Origin: Psammoneis japonica | Lineage: Eukaryota | Direction: 5' to 3' | NCBI GenBank assembly: GCA_008632985.1 | Contig: QPGO01000313.1 | Span: 1 to 61,169 of the forward strand | DNA: 61,169 nucleotides | Shown here: piece by piece, positions 1 through 12,109 of the stretch | How positions within the stretch are numbered: position 1 is the stretch's first letter | Layout of the letters: each line of letters begins with the position of its first letter | Position numbers and translations under genes: made by a program | Notes under the pieces: generated by a model | What the model was told of the DNA's origin: nothing | What the model saw: the letters and a program-made list of their open reading frames with translations, nothing else | Database searches by the model: none

Positions 1-221
1 ATTCTTTTTTATGTTCATGAATACATTGAAACCAAATAATAACCTTAATCCATTAAGACATATTAATCTGCAGTCATCTATAATAGAGTCATTGATCGTA
101 TGTATTGCAAAATTAGTTCATACAAAAGCACCTTAAAAGCTGTACGAACGACAAATCATCATCAACCAACAATTGGGCCCTTCCGAAGTCCCTCCCGTTT
201 TGTTTCACTGCGGGAAACAAC

Positions 222-1258
222 ATGAAACATGAGCCTCACTGCTGTTCCCGCCCGTATCGCACCTCTCCCAGAAGAAGATCGAAACCATTGACAATGAGAC
301 AGCAGCAGCGACGGCATCTGGTAGACCTGTTATTGCTTGTGGTGTTCATAATGAGCAGCGTCGGAGCGGCAACAAACGATGAAGAATGTACGAGGGAATG
401 CAAAAACGGGGGGCTTTGTCGATTGGGTGAAAATGAGTTTGGTCTCTCAACGGAGCTGTCAGATCAAGAAATGATACACGGTGACCCCGTCTTGACTGGA
501 GAGAATGAAGTAAGCAAGAGTGTATCTCAAAAGCAAGTGAACATCATGCACTGTGCTTGTCCTACGGGATACACCGGTGCTTTCTGTGAAATCAAATTCG
601 CCCCCTGCGGTGAGGACGGCAAGTGCTTCAACGGGCTTGACTGCGAAGTGGACGAGGACGATTTCGGTAATGATTTCGCTCATTGTGAGTGCGATGCAAT
701 GGCTTCAAACTTTTCTAGCCCTTATTCAATGCACCTGTGTCACAACATTGCAACCATACACTGTACACCGAGTGAGCAAGATCTGAAGGAAGGCGCTGAA
801 TACAAGCATTCATTCTGCAACAACGGAGGACAGTGTCGTCATATTCTTGGGCATCCGCAAGAAACGTGAGTTTTTCCTTTGCTTATTTTCGTTCTTTCGG
901 TCGCTATGCCCAGTTCTTACCTTCTAACCTCGTTTTCACTACATTACATTCCAGGCATAACACTTGTGCATGCACCAGTGGTTGGGAAGGGCCACATTGC
1001 GAATACGTCCATGGTACAGCGCCCAAGGCCTTATCCATGGATGACTCACCAGGAAGCGTGCCTCCCGCTGTTGTTGCCATGGCTGTCCTGATTGGTTTCT
1101 TGGCATTCTCAGTCTTCTTCTTGGTAACGCGAAGAGTATACCTCAGAAGACGTGCACGGACAGAATCAACAAGAGCAACAGATCAAATGAGGAGCAGCGA
1201 CGGCTCGACAAAACCGCTAGAGGTCGGGAGCTCTGTTCCAGGACTCGAGTTTACGTGA
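222..1258 (+). CDS. EGF-repeat single-pass membrane protein (2 exons, intron 866-954)
   Basis: Hydrophobic signal-like stretch LLLLVVFIMSSVGA; EGF motifs CKNGGLC, CACPTGYTGAFC, CNNGGQC, CACTSGWEGPHC; C-terminal TM helix followed by RRVYLRRR. GTGAG..TTCCAG intron joins ORFs 222..869 and 833..1258 in frame. Confidence 0.85.
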
Positions 1259-1905
1259 ATGATACAAGGCAGCTCGGAGCTGGCATTGCTACCGCAACAA
1301 GATGGTAGAAGTATGTAACCGGGGTTTGGGTCGGGTGGATTGCGCGTTGCTGGCAATTCATCACAGCATGTCTAAATCCTTATCGACGTAAGGAGTCACT
1401 AGTATAATATCAGTAGAATGAATATGATTACGCTTTTGAAACATAGGACACTTTTGAAGTATGTAGGAGAAGTTGCCTGCTCTGCATATGAATCGGGAAT
1501 GACTCCTCAGTCCTTTACAGCAACAAGTTGAGCTTCTTGCGCTAGAGCTTCGTCTCTACGGTAGAGTGCCGGGGATGCATTATTATTTGTTGACGCTCGG
1601 AAAGAGATTCTTTTGGCAATTGGCGAATGGTTTATTGTACCATTGACACTACGCAAAGAGAGTCATGCTGTGCATAATACCGTAAGTATGTCCGAACGAA
1701 TCAGTCAAAAGAGGCAGGATACAAAGGCAAGGCTCCGTGTGATCCAATACGTGACAATGGCTGATTAGAACAAACAAGAAAACTATTTCATTTTAACACA
1801 GTGTGGGTGTGCCAGGGATCTGACTATGGTGGCCACGATGCTGTTACACACTTGCACACTCAAAATCTCGTCCACACATTTCTCCTTCACTTCCACTCTC
1901 TTTCT

Positions 1906-3555
1906 CTAGACAGCACCATGGGTAAGCATGACATTGGCGACACGCAAGAATCCCGCAATGTTGGCACCGCAATAGAGGTTTCCTCTCGCATTGAATTCTT
2001 GAGCCGTGTTCTTCACATCCGTGTAGATACGACTGACTTCATTTGCCAGCATTTCATCGGTAGCCTTTGGACCGAGCGCATGAACAATGGTGGATCCGGT
2101 CAACGTCAAGGTGTGCGGTCCATAGAGGAGTCCACGTTTCTTTAGAGCTCGACGAGCATCCATCGTGACGGCACTGTGTCCACCTTCAATGACACCAATG
2201 CATCCATTGTCCGCAAGACAATTGACGGCGTTCTCATCAATGTTATTCATGGCTCCGCAGGGAAAGCACAAGTCGCATTCAATATCGAGAATGTTCTCGG
2301 GATCATTGAATTGCGCCGACGTGGAGGCAATAATGTACCTTCCCAATAGCGCGCCTCGTTCGTTCTTGATGGAGTCAATGGTTTTGAGCTTTCCAACATC
2401 AATGCCATCGGGTTCGTAGACGTGTCCGCTGAGATCGGAAAAGGTGAGGGGAATGGCACCGAAATCCAACAATTTCTTCGCAAGACTCCTTGCCACCTTT
2501 CCGGCGCCGATAATGAGACAGCGCTTTCCTTCGAGCGAGTCGTTTCTGTCTTGAAGCATCTCGTTGGCATAATGGACCACGCCATAGCCAGGAGCCTGTG
2601 GTTGTCAAGAGGGGAGGGGGGGTGGGTTGAGAAAGTGAGGAACTGCATAGATATGAACAAGCAAACCAAATCACATTCAAAAACATACCTCTGGAAAGGA
2701 CGGATTGCCACCCGACAAGAAGGATTGTCCTCCAGAGCTCGTGTGGTTGTTGATACGCTTGTACTGTCCAAAGAGATATCCGATTTCTTTTGCTCCGACA
2801 CCCATGCCGAGTCCGGGCGTATCCATATCGGGTCCAACATACTTGGATAGCTCCGTCATGTATGACTGACAAAAGCGCTGAATTTCCGATTCCGACTTGT
2901 CAAAGGGATAAAAGTCCGATCCTCCAACAGCAGCTCCGAAATCGAATCCGGTAAGAGCATTGGAAAAGACCGCATCAAAGCCCAAGGCCTTGATGACTCC
3001 CGAATTAACGTGACTTCCAAAGTGCAACGGTCCCATATAAGGTCCAATAGCACTGTTGTACTGAATCCGGTATCCACGGTTCATCCTCACGACACCTGTA
3101 TCATCAATCCACGCCACACGGAATTGAATGAAACGCTCCGGTTCCATGAGTTGCTTGGCCACAAAGGCATAACGGGGGTTTCGATCAAAAATGGGCGACA
3201 GACAGTGCAGATTGCTCGACACGGAATTGATAAAGTCGGTGTAGTGCGCATCACGACGTTTCGCTTCACCCACCAGCAAGTTGGCGGCCTCGAGACCCGT
3301 CTTGAAACGCACATCTCCCTGTCGACGAAAGAGAGGTTTGTTACGCCACGACTTGTCAATCTTCATGGTTTGATGGACGCCGGCTTCATCCGTCACGAGC
3401 GTTTTGGGCGGACGACCGTCCGATGCAAACGAACGAGTACTTGATACCGACAGAACTGATGATGATGATGACGATGCGAGCGGTACTACTGCTGCTGCCC
3501 ATTGACGACCACATGCTGCCGCACGAGAGGTCTGGGTGGCGGTCAACATCCTCAT
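1906..3555 (-). CDS. Glutamate dehydrogenase (NADP-GdhA-like) homolog with substituted active-site residues; exons 3555-2689 and 2595-1906
   Basis: EPERFIQFRVAWIDD, NRGYRIQYNSAIGPY, EIQRFCQSYM, EIGYLFGQYKR, GAGKVA, GANIAGFLRVA match GdhA; GTATGT..CACAG phase-0 intron; Arg/Ser/Ala-rich N-terminus resembles a mitochondrial presequence. Confidence 0.9.
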
Positions 3556-4115
3556 GTTGCTTCTTTGTTTTGGGCAGAAGCGTCGGCTGCAAAAAGTTCT
3601 CATCGATCGATGAAAGATCGGTGTCACGTACAAAATGTACTGAATTCTACACAGAAGATCTTTCCAAAGAATCTTCAACAGTGAAGTTCCGAATTCCTTA
3701 TCTAATCTTTTCGTCTGTCAGTCGACGCAAAAATAAGGGCAAACAAAAATCTCCAGAAATATTATATTTTCTATCCCAAACTGGGGTGATTTCTATCCCA
3801 CGTGTTTCGTCTGTCGGATGCCCGTGTTTCGGATAGAATCCGTTGCGATCAATATAGACTATATAGAGCATGAATAGTTACATGTTATTTGAAATTTTTC
3901 TTTCTGCATCATTCATTTTCCAATTCCAAATTTAGTAGTAGGAAAACGGCGCGAACACTTTCTCGGCACTCCAGGGAAAAAGCGATTCAGCTACTCATAA
4001 CGCTGACAATGCATTAGGGCCCTATGCGTTTTGCTGTCTTGTTGCATTTCATTACTCTCATGACTGCTCACTTTTCTGTTCTTACTTTTTGTTTGCAGGA
4101 GCAAACCATCAAACC

Positions 4116-5253
4116 ATGAGTGATGCAGTCAACAAGAGCGTCGTGATCGATCTTTGTTCCCACGATGAAGAGTCGTCTTCCGACGAGAAACCCGCTGCCT
4201 CCAAGAAACACAAGTCGTCTGACGATTGCCCATCCAGTGACGAAGAAATTACCTTCTTGCGGGAGGTCATAGTTATTTCATCGGATGATGAAGAAGATCC
4301 TTCGAAGAAAAAGGCTCCAAGTTATTCCGCTTCGCCTCGCTCCAATCTGAAAGTAAGGGGCAAACCCGCCGCCGCCAGCAACAACAAAAAGAAAGGCAAG
4401 CGTCAGGATAATGTCAAAGTGTTGTTTCTTTCATCCAATGGCAATGAGCTGACGAAACAACCGCCACGTCTTCTGCTGTTTCAGCTGCTGACGCACTTGG
4501 AGCCATGACGAAACGCACCACCAACAAGACTGCGAATGCTGGCACCAAAAAGAATACGAGTGCGAAACGTCGTACTTCTGCAAAGAAAGACGTAACCAGT
4601 GATGTACTTGGAGTCATGACGAAACGCGCCGCCAACAAGACTGCGAATGCTAGCACCCAAAACAATGCGAATACGAAACGTCGTACTGCTGCAAAGAAAG
4701 ACCAAGCCAGTGACGCACTTGGAGCCATGACGAAACGCGCCGCCAACAAGAATGCGAATGCAGGTGCCAAAAAGAGTGCGAATACGAAACGTCGTACTGC
4801 TGCAAAGAAAGACCAAGCCAAAAACATCAAGGAGGAGAAGGTCGATTGCACTTTGGTCAAGTTGGATCCTTCTCTTACCTGCAACAACCCCGCCAATCAA
4901 AGGCTTCATTATGATTTTGCACGACACATCAATGATTGGATCGACACTGTTGTTGAAAGCTCCATGTTTAATACCAGGCAGTACCGCGGCAAAGTGGACG
5001 TTATGAAGGGTTTTTCCCTGTCTATTTCTGCTGTATGTGAAATGCTTCATACCTTGCTGCTTTTGATCTTCTGATACTTACACGGCTTTCATTTTTTATG
5101 ACTGTTCCTTACTCACAGACGTCTGCTACCCTTGACACTGTCGGCAAAGTGAAGAAACACGTTAGTGGACTTGGCCCGAAGTACACGACCTTATTTGAGG
5201 TCTACTTTCACCACGGTCGTTTTATTGACACGTCACTCAATATTAAGGACTAG
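4116..5253 (+). CDS. Lys/Ala/Thr-rich repeat protein of unknown function next to the MULE transposase; one frame break near 4420-4450, intron 5033-5118
   Basis: ORFs 4089..4508 and 4505..5074 are collinear in different frames; GTATGT..CACAG phase-0 intron extends the frame to TAG at 5251-5253; acidic N-terminus with VVIDL and VIVISS motifs, basic repeats. Confidence 0.55.
4490..4819 (+). repeat. Three tandem 111-bp coding repeats (37 aa, DALGAMTKRAANK...KRRTAAKKDQAS)
   Basis: GAYGYACTTGGAGYCATGACGAAACGC starts at 4490, 4601 and 4712. Confidence 0.95.
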
Positions 5254-5442
5254 TTGACGATACCAAAAACAGCAGCACGTTTCGTTGTTATTGCCGCAAA
5301 CGTGTTTTTACCGTGTCGAAAACAATCACGAAGCCACGATATTATGACAGCACTAATTATTCGTAGCTTTCAAATATCTGAGTCACTTCTGCTTACAATT
5401 TTATAATCCAACAAGCTGCTGCTTACAATTCTATTCAACACG

Positions 5443-8400
5443 ATGTGGAACGAAGACGAATCGAGTAGAGACTCGATCCAATCTGTGCCAGACAAACCAG
5501 TTACTACGATAGCAACTGCGGTAATACCGCCACAACTTAGCAGGAATACTTCCAACAATTCCCGCCTCACGGAGTGTGGCAAGCTCGACTGCAAGTGCAA
5601 ACCGAGGGGTCCAGCTGATTCAGGTCGATTCAAGGGAAAAGTGAAACAGGAAGAGTGTTGGGTCACCGTCAAGGAGTTCCAATTTGACACACGGTCTTCT
5701 CACGTCGATGTGACTTTCGAGTCTGCCATTCAGTTTATTCAAACGCAACCTCCCGGCAACTGGAAAAGAATTGATGTACAAAGGAGTGCCAAGCGATTAG
5801 CCAACGGCACACGGGAAGAAAAGTTTGGTTGCCAGTATGTCTACAAAGGTGACTGTAACTGCAAGATCAGAGCATACCACGTTGTCGGAACAAATGTAGT
5901 GTCTGTACAGTGGTACACTCTCGGCAGCGCGCATGGCATGCCCCTGACACACGACGGGTCGTTCCCATCGTTGGAAAGTCACAGCACATTCCAACACATG
6001 CGTGTGCCGACGAAGCCAGGAAAAAAGGATCAGCTGCCAATCGACATGCAGGAATACATAGACGCAACAATGCGAAAATATCCAGCATTGTCAGGCAGTG
6101 ACTTGAAAATACGCATGGCGCTGTGCCCGCGATCCGCCACCTCTTCTGAAAAACGATGGAAACTGTCGCAGGCTGAATGGAACGTTCTTGCTAGCCAGAT
6201 AGAAAGCTGCAGGAGAACAGTGCTGTCAAAGATTGACGCAGAAGCCGACAAGGTATTCAACGACAATTTCAAAGACATCCAAGAGTTTGCAAGACGACAC
6301 ACCTTTGATGAAGTTGTCGCCCGCAAAGGCGAGGAATTCAACGAGCACGACATGTTTGTTGCGGGTATAGACATGAAGATCGACAAGACAGAGCCACCAC
6401 TGGAGCGCAATGATAGTAACAAGAAATGGAAGCCACGCCACATTTGTCGCGTCTTCGTTACAAATGTTGCAATGGCCTCTTTTGTACCAGCCATTGCGAG
6501 TCGTGGAGATGTCCATTCACGGATAGTGTTGTCCGCTGACACAACACACAAGACCTTTGTTTGCGCTGGCTTCCGTATCCTTATCGTTTTTGTGAATGAC
6601 GCGACCCTGTCAGCAAAGATCCTTGGTTTCCTCGTCACATGTACGGAAGATGGCGGCGACTACTGCTTTGCAACACGTGCAGTCCGTAATGTGTCCGAAT
6701 ACATTTGTTCTCTGCCAAACAGTGAGCTACCTGGCAACATAACGGAACTGCCGTTCAACCTTCCATCTCCTGTTCCACCGTGTACCATGGACAAGCCATT
6801 TTCGTTCGACGCTGACGAGGTAGCACTGGAGCAACGGTGCAACGACGACTTTGTCACGATGCAGTCGCAACGATATCGATCCCGACTGTCGGAAGACACC
6901 CGACGCAAGATTACCGATTCAGCTTCCTATTTCCCTGAACTGATTCCACAACCTCAAGATGGATCTGTGCACTCGACATTTCGGTGGGACACCAAGGGAC
7001 TCGTATTTACGTCCAACTCGGACGGTGACAAGGCAATACCGAATGGGCTAGGTGCTGCGGTACCTGCAATGATCTATAATCACAACGACTGCTGGGCTCA
7101 TTTGCTCCGACATTTGGGAAAAGTCATGGACGGAACCGAGCATACGCAGTATTGTCCAATCACAATACAGGAACCCCGATTTCAACGCATCTCTGACAAA
7201 GAGAAACGGAAAGAAGAACTCAAGAAGGTTAGACAAAAATTGTACAACTACGTCAAGGATTCTCTGTACGAGGTAAAGTTCGTTACCTCTCGCTCTCTTT
7301 CGACTCTTCTGTTTGAGAAGCTCGTATCCGACCTGGAGCACGGAGATGTCCCTGGTGTGCCAGGATCATTTGCCAATTTCGCTGAGTACATCAAGACTAC
7401 ATTTGCCCGTTGCACGAATAATGGATCTCATGGCACCTGGCGTTATTCGGACTTACTTGATGTGACCAACAGTTGCTGCGACAGCCACAGCGGTGAGTTA
7501 GTCAATACAACAAACGACCCGACTGACCTCCACTTTGGTTTGCCTGACAACACCAATTCTGATGAGGCTCACAACAAACTCCTAAAGGAAGGCATGGAAC
7601 GTCGACGCCAAACCGTAGCAGGAAATTTGAGCTTCCTGATGGACTATGGAAAAGAATATACAGAAAAAGAATGCCTGATGCATGGTGTTAGTTATCTTCC
7701 AGTCCCATACGGTAGCGAAAGAATCCCGACATCAAGACATGCAGAGGACTTACGTGTTGGAATGCAATTTCTCGGACACGATCCCACTCCAGGCCTGCAG
7801 TACCTACGCCAAGGAGGGGTTGTTTTACAGGAGGGACGCGGCATGGACTCCAAAGTGTACATGCTCAGTGGCGACCATGAGTTACTGTATCTTCATCAGC
7901 AAACAACAGGTGAAGTTGACCCCTCCATTCCGCGTAAAGGGTGCGACACAAAGAAGGCGCAAGTGAAACTGTGGTACAAGAAATACAAGCAAGTGACCAA
8001 GGCAACTGAAGAACAACTTCGTGCAATGGCGACAAGAGGTGCAAAACAAATATACATGGAGGCCAATGGCTTACGCACCCTTCCAGACCATGTTGACCCA
8101 AAGAAATGGAGGCTGGCATGGGGAAAAGCAGTGGACGAACTTCATGAATACCAACGATCATTCGCCGTCGTCACTCCCTTAGATGCAAACTTTGAAGGTA
8201 TTCAGGAGTGCGAACCGTTCCGAGTTCAGCACAAATATCGCGACCAAAACGTTGTATACAAATGGCGATGCACGTGTCGTAAGGCTCTGCAGTATGGATT
8301 CTGTCCCCACATATTCTTCATGACGCACACGAACCACAACATTCTCGAAGGATATGGTAACCAGGACATCCCTCCTGCAGCCGCAACCTTTGCTAATGGA

Positions 8401-8463
8401 CAAAAACGTAAGCCTGGCCGGCCAAAGAAAACACCCGGCGCTTTGATCCGCATGGAAGACTAA
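5443..8463 (+). mobile_element. Mutator-like (MULE) DDE transposase, intact 1006-aa ORF
   Basis: Putative catalytic D (LSADTTH, 6538), D (NSDGDKAI, 7021), CWAH motif (about 7090), E (NTNSDEAHN, 7564); SWIM finger CTC-x8-CPH (about 8270-8310); C-terminal AT-hook-like KPGRPKK. Termini and TSD not resolved. Confidence 0.88.
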
Positions 8464-9166
8464 TCACTAGATAACTTTTGAAATCCCTGGTTTATGGAAC
8501 GATGCATTCGGTGAGTTGAGATAATTAATTCAAAACAGACAGTGCATTCAATGACAAGTACTTACTGCCACAAGCCAAACAAAGGCATCCACAATGAATT
8601 GAGCCTGAGTTCGTCAATAACTAAAGATTTTACTCGACAATGTATCGCTCAAACCGAGCTGCAACAACTTCGATTGAAGCAATGTAGTATACCAGCAGAA
8701 ATGTGGACCTTCAATCATACCGGTAGAGTACATCATTGTTGACTGCGCTACTCGTGATGGTTGTCAACCATATAGCAACATTTCAAGCAATAATCATATA
8801 CGTCGTATTATATATAACACATTCCCAACTTGTCGTGAGCCAAATCTTTGTCGTAACGGCGTAGTACGGCGCCGTGAAAACACGCCATTGTGCTGCGTTC
8901 GTCTGAGTGCTCTGGTCGCGGCTGCGGTCGCTGCAGTCGCGGGAGTCAGCAATTTTTGTATATGATCTACATGTCATTTATGTTAATTATCTATCTGCAC
9001 CGTTAAGAATGCCGTATGCACTGGTATTAATTCTACGTATGGAAGTGATACACATGCTTTCAATTATGGATAGAAAATATCGCCAGTTAGGATAGAAAAA
9101 AGGTGGGATAGAAAAAAGGCAGGATAGGATAGAAAAATAAATAGGAAGGGTCTCGGTTTTGACAAC

Positions 9167-10398
9167 ATGACAATGTTTCCTCTTTTTGCGATTTTGGCCT
9201 CGGCCACATTGTTTGGATCTTTTGTATCGTCATTTTCGCCTGCTGCAGTCCGACCATCTTCATCAACAGAGTTGCGCATGGGACTGGGTGGTGCCATTGT
9301 AAAGACATCAAAAGCAGTAGGTCTTCCCACTGCCGCTGCCGCGGCAACAGCTGCGGCTGTTGCAACTATTGGTGTCAAGACTGTGCTGGACCGCCCTTCG
9401 CGTGCCTACGAGGAGGGATCCGTAGCTCGAGAATACGATTCGTGGACACAAGATGGTATCCTTGAATACTACTGGGGTGAACATATCCATCTTGGATACT
9501 ACACCAAAGAGGAGATGGAGGCAGGGTATAAGAAGAAGGACTTCATTCAGGCAAAGTATGACTTTGTAGACGAAATGATGAAACTCGGTGGTATCAGTCC
9601 GGAAACGGACTCGTCAGCAAAGGTGTTGGATGTTGGTTGTGGAGTAGGAGGAACTTCTCGTTATCTTGCAAAAAACCTTGGGCCCAATTCTCAAGTGACT
9701 GGAATATCTCTTAGCCCCAATCAGGTAAAACGTGCGACTGAGTTGGCTGAAGAGCAAGGCGTTCCAAATGCGAAATTCACAGTCATGAATGCTCTCAAAA
9801 TGGACTACCCAGACAATTCCTTTGACGTTGTTTGGGCGTGTGAGTCAGGAGAGCACATGCCAGACAAAGAGGCATACATTAATGAAATGATGAGAGTTCT
9901 AAAGCCAGGCGGAAAGTTTGTTATGGCAACATGGTGTCAACGGGACGATCGGGAAGTTCCCTTCGACAAGCGAGACAACCGTGACTTGAAATTTCTTTAT
10001 GAAGAGTGGTACGTTCAACTATCAATTTGCACAGAAGCTTGGTTGTATCTTAGTAACGCATTGCTCAACCTTCGTTTCCTTGCTGAAAAAGGACGCACCC
10101 TTACTTTATCTCGATCGAAGCTTATAAGGAGTTGATTGACGCAACAGGATTGATGAACGAGGTGACAACAGCTGACTGGGTCGATGAGACTATTGCTTCA
10201 TGGCGTCATTCAGTGTGGGTAGGCATATATGATCCTCGAGGCTTTATCTTCAAGCCGCACAGATACTTGAAATGCGTCCGAGATGCCTACTGCTTGGAAC
10301 GGATGCACCGTGCGTTCAAACGAGGCTTGATGCAGTATGGTATGTTTGCTGCAACGAAAAGTGTTGCAACAGAGAAAGAGGCTTCCGAGACTGAGTAA
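9167..10398 (+). CDS. Plastid SAM-dependent methyltransferase, cyanobacterial-type MPBQ/MSBQ / gamma-tocopherol methyltransferase family (intron 10009-10091)
   Basis: YDSWTQDGILEYYWGEHIHLGYY, VLDVGCGVGG, FDVVWACESGEHMPDK, spliced EEWTHPYF; signal peptide ending VSS-FSP (ASAFAP-like). Confidence 0.9.
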
Positions 10399-10476
10399 AA
10401 CTAAAGCTAAGCTAAAAGTCTTTTGAACGATGAAAAAATGCTAGGCCACAATCGCCGGAGATTGGTAGCACACGAA

Positions 10477-11760
10477 CTACATCTCCTTCTTATGCGTCTT
10501 GCTCGAACCATGGGATGCTGCTGCGTGACTAGCTTCTCGTACAACTCCCAGTAGATTTCCCGGCATTGTAGGAATTGAACTCTTCCGTTGTTCTGTATCC
10601 GTACCCAAACTTATCGAAGGGGACCGGTTCGTGCCGTCAAGGTCGTCCAGTGACACATCTTCCATGCTCGACAGTGACCGAAAGCTCCCGTTGCTGGCAG
10701 ACGCATACGATTCAGAAAAGAACGTGCGGATCCTATCCCAGTATTCTCTGCCGCCCTTCAGCCAAGTTTCATTATGCGTGCCTCCCCTAATGACATGCAT
10801 ACGGGCACAGGAACTAGCTTTCTTGCTGAGATTAAACAGCTGCAGCATGTGTGAATGCGGAACGAGCTGATCCGCAGATCCCGCCAAATACAAAATAGGT
10901 GTCTTGAGCAGAGGCACAATTAGAGACGAATCCCACCCAATTCTCAACACTAAGAATTTCAGAGGCGCAACCAGCGGCATCAAATGGTCCACCATAAGTG
11001 CAATAGAGAGAAACGTATTCTCCACAATGACTCCAGCAAGCGGGAGACCCGTTTGTTCGGCGTACTGCGCGAGGTGAAATGCAACAGCCCCGCCGAGGGA
11101 CCTTCCAAACAAGAAAACTCGCTGTGGATCAATATCAGGGTGTTGAGATATGAAGCGCAACGCCGCCTCTGCGTCTAGTTTGAGACCCCTCTCGTTTGGT
11201 TTTGCGTCATCCGAGTCCCCGTACCCACGATATTCAACCATCAAGACGTTTGCTTTTAGGTACTGGTACATTTGAATGGCGTTGGGTAATCGCAGTCCAA
11301 TGTTGCTATGCACGAGTTCACGTTGGTTAACAAGGTCAGATCGAGAAGATGGACACAAAGATAATTCGCAACTTCAAGCTCCAAAACAATTCATAGCTCA
11401 CCCTGCATTTCCGTGGAAAAAGACAAGAGTCGGATTTCGAGCGACTTGTGAGTTCGGTTGTAAGAGTAGCCAAGAATGGATTGATACACCATCGTCGCAT
11501 CGAATCATGTGGGTCTCAAAAGGAATCTGGTGCTCAGCTGGGCTCCGATAACGGCGTGGATTCTGTTCGGGTCGACGGGGTATGCCACCAATTTCAGGAA
11601 AGTACAGCAGCGAGTCTTGCTTCACGTATAGTAGACCAGCGACAACTGAAACAAGTCCAGCAACTATAGTCCCGCCTCTCCATAAGATGGGAATGATGCG
11701 GTCAAGGATAGCAAGCCCTAGCGATGACGGGGGTGATCGGTCGATGGCATCGGTGTCCAT
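10477..11760 (-). CDS. ABHD13: Alpha/beta hydrolase ABHD13-like (exons 11760-11402, 11305-10477)
   Basis: N-terminal TM then QDSLLYFP, FFHGNAG|NIGLR across the intron, EYRGYG, GRSLGG nucleophile motif, ENTF, DQLVP, HNETW. Confidence 0.9.
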
Positions 11761-12109
11761 TATGGTGGCTTGCGAGGTTGCAGGGCGACGAAGTGTGAAG
11801 TGCCAAAAAATGGAAGAGATGAAAAAATGGCGATGCGATGACCGCGCGCAAGTGCCAAGTAGCCTAGCGAACGAACGACAGTGAATGACGAGACGGACGC
11901 AGACTGACTCTACGCCACCACCCGAGAAGATAGGTAGATTTCCTGCCCGCCCGCCCTATTGCGATGGGTGATTCGAGTTCAAAGCTATTCCATGATACTG
12001 GTACGTGATACTATCTATGACGAGAAGAAAGAATCGAAAGCACTAAGTATCCCCAAACCTAGCTACCTGCGCAGTACATATACCTGAGTCAAACGCACTT
12101 GGTTCCCCC

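Noticed and set aside
4490..4819. Regular repeats as a CRISPR-like array
   Set aside because: Contiguous in-frame 111-bp coding units with no unique spacers, in a eukaryotic context.
3866..9059. AGCATG / CATGCT as MULE termini
   Set aside because: Only 6 bp match and the flanking 9-mers do not form a target-site duplication.
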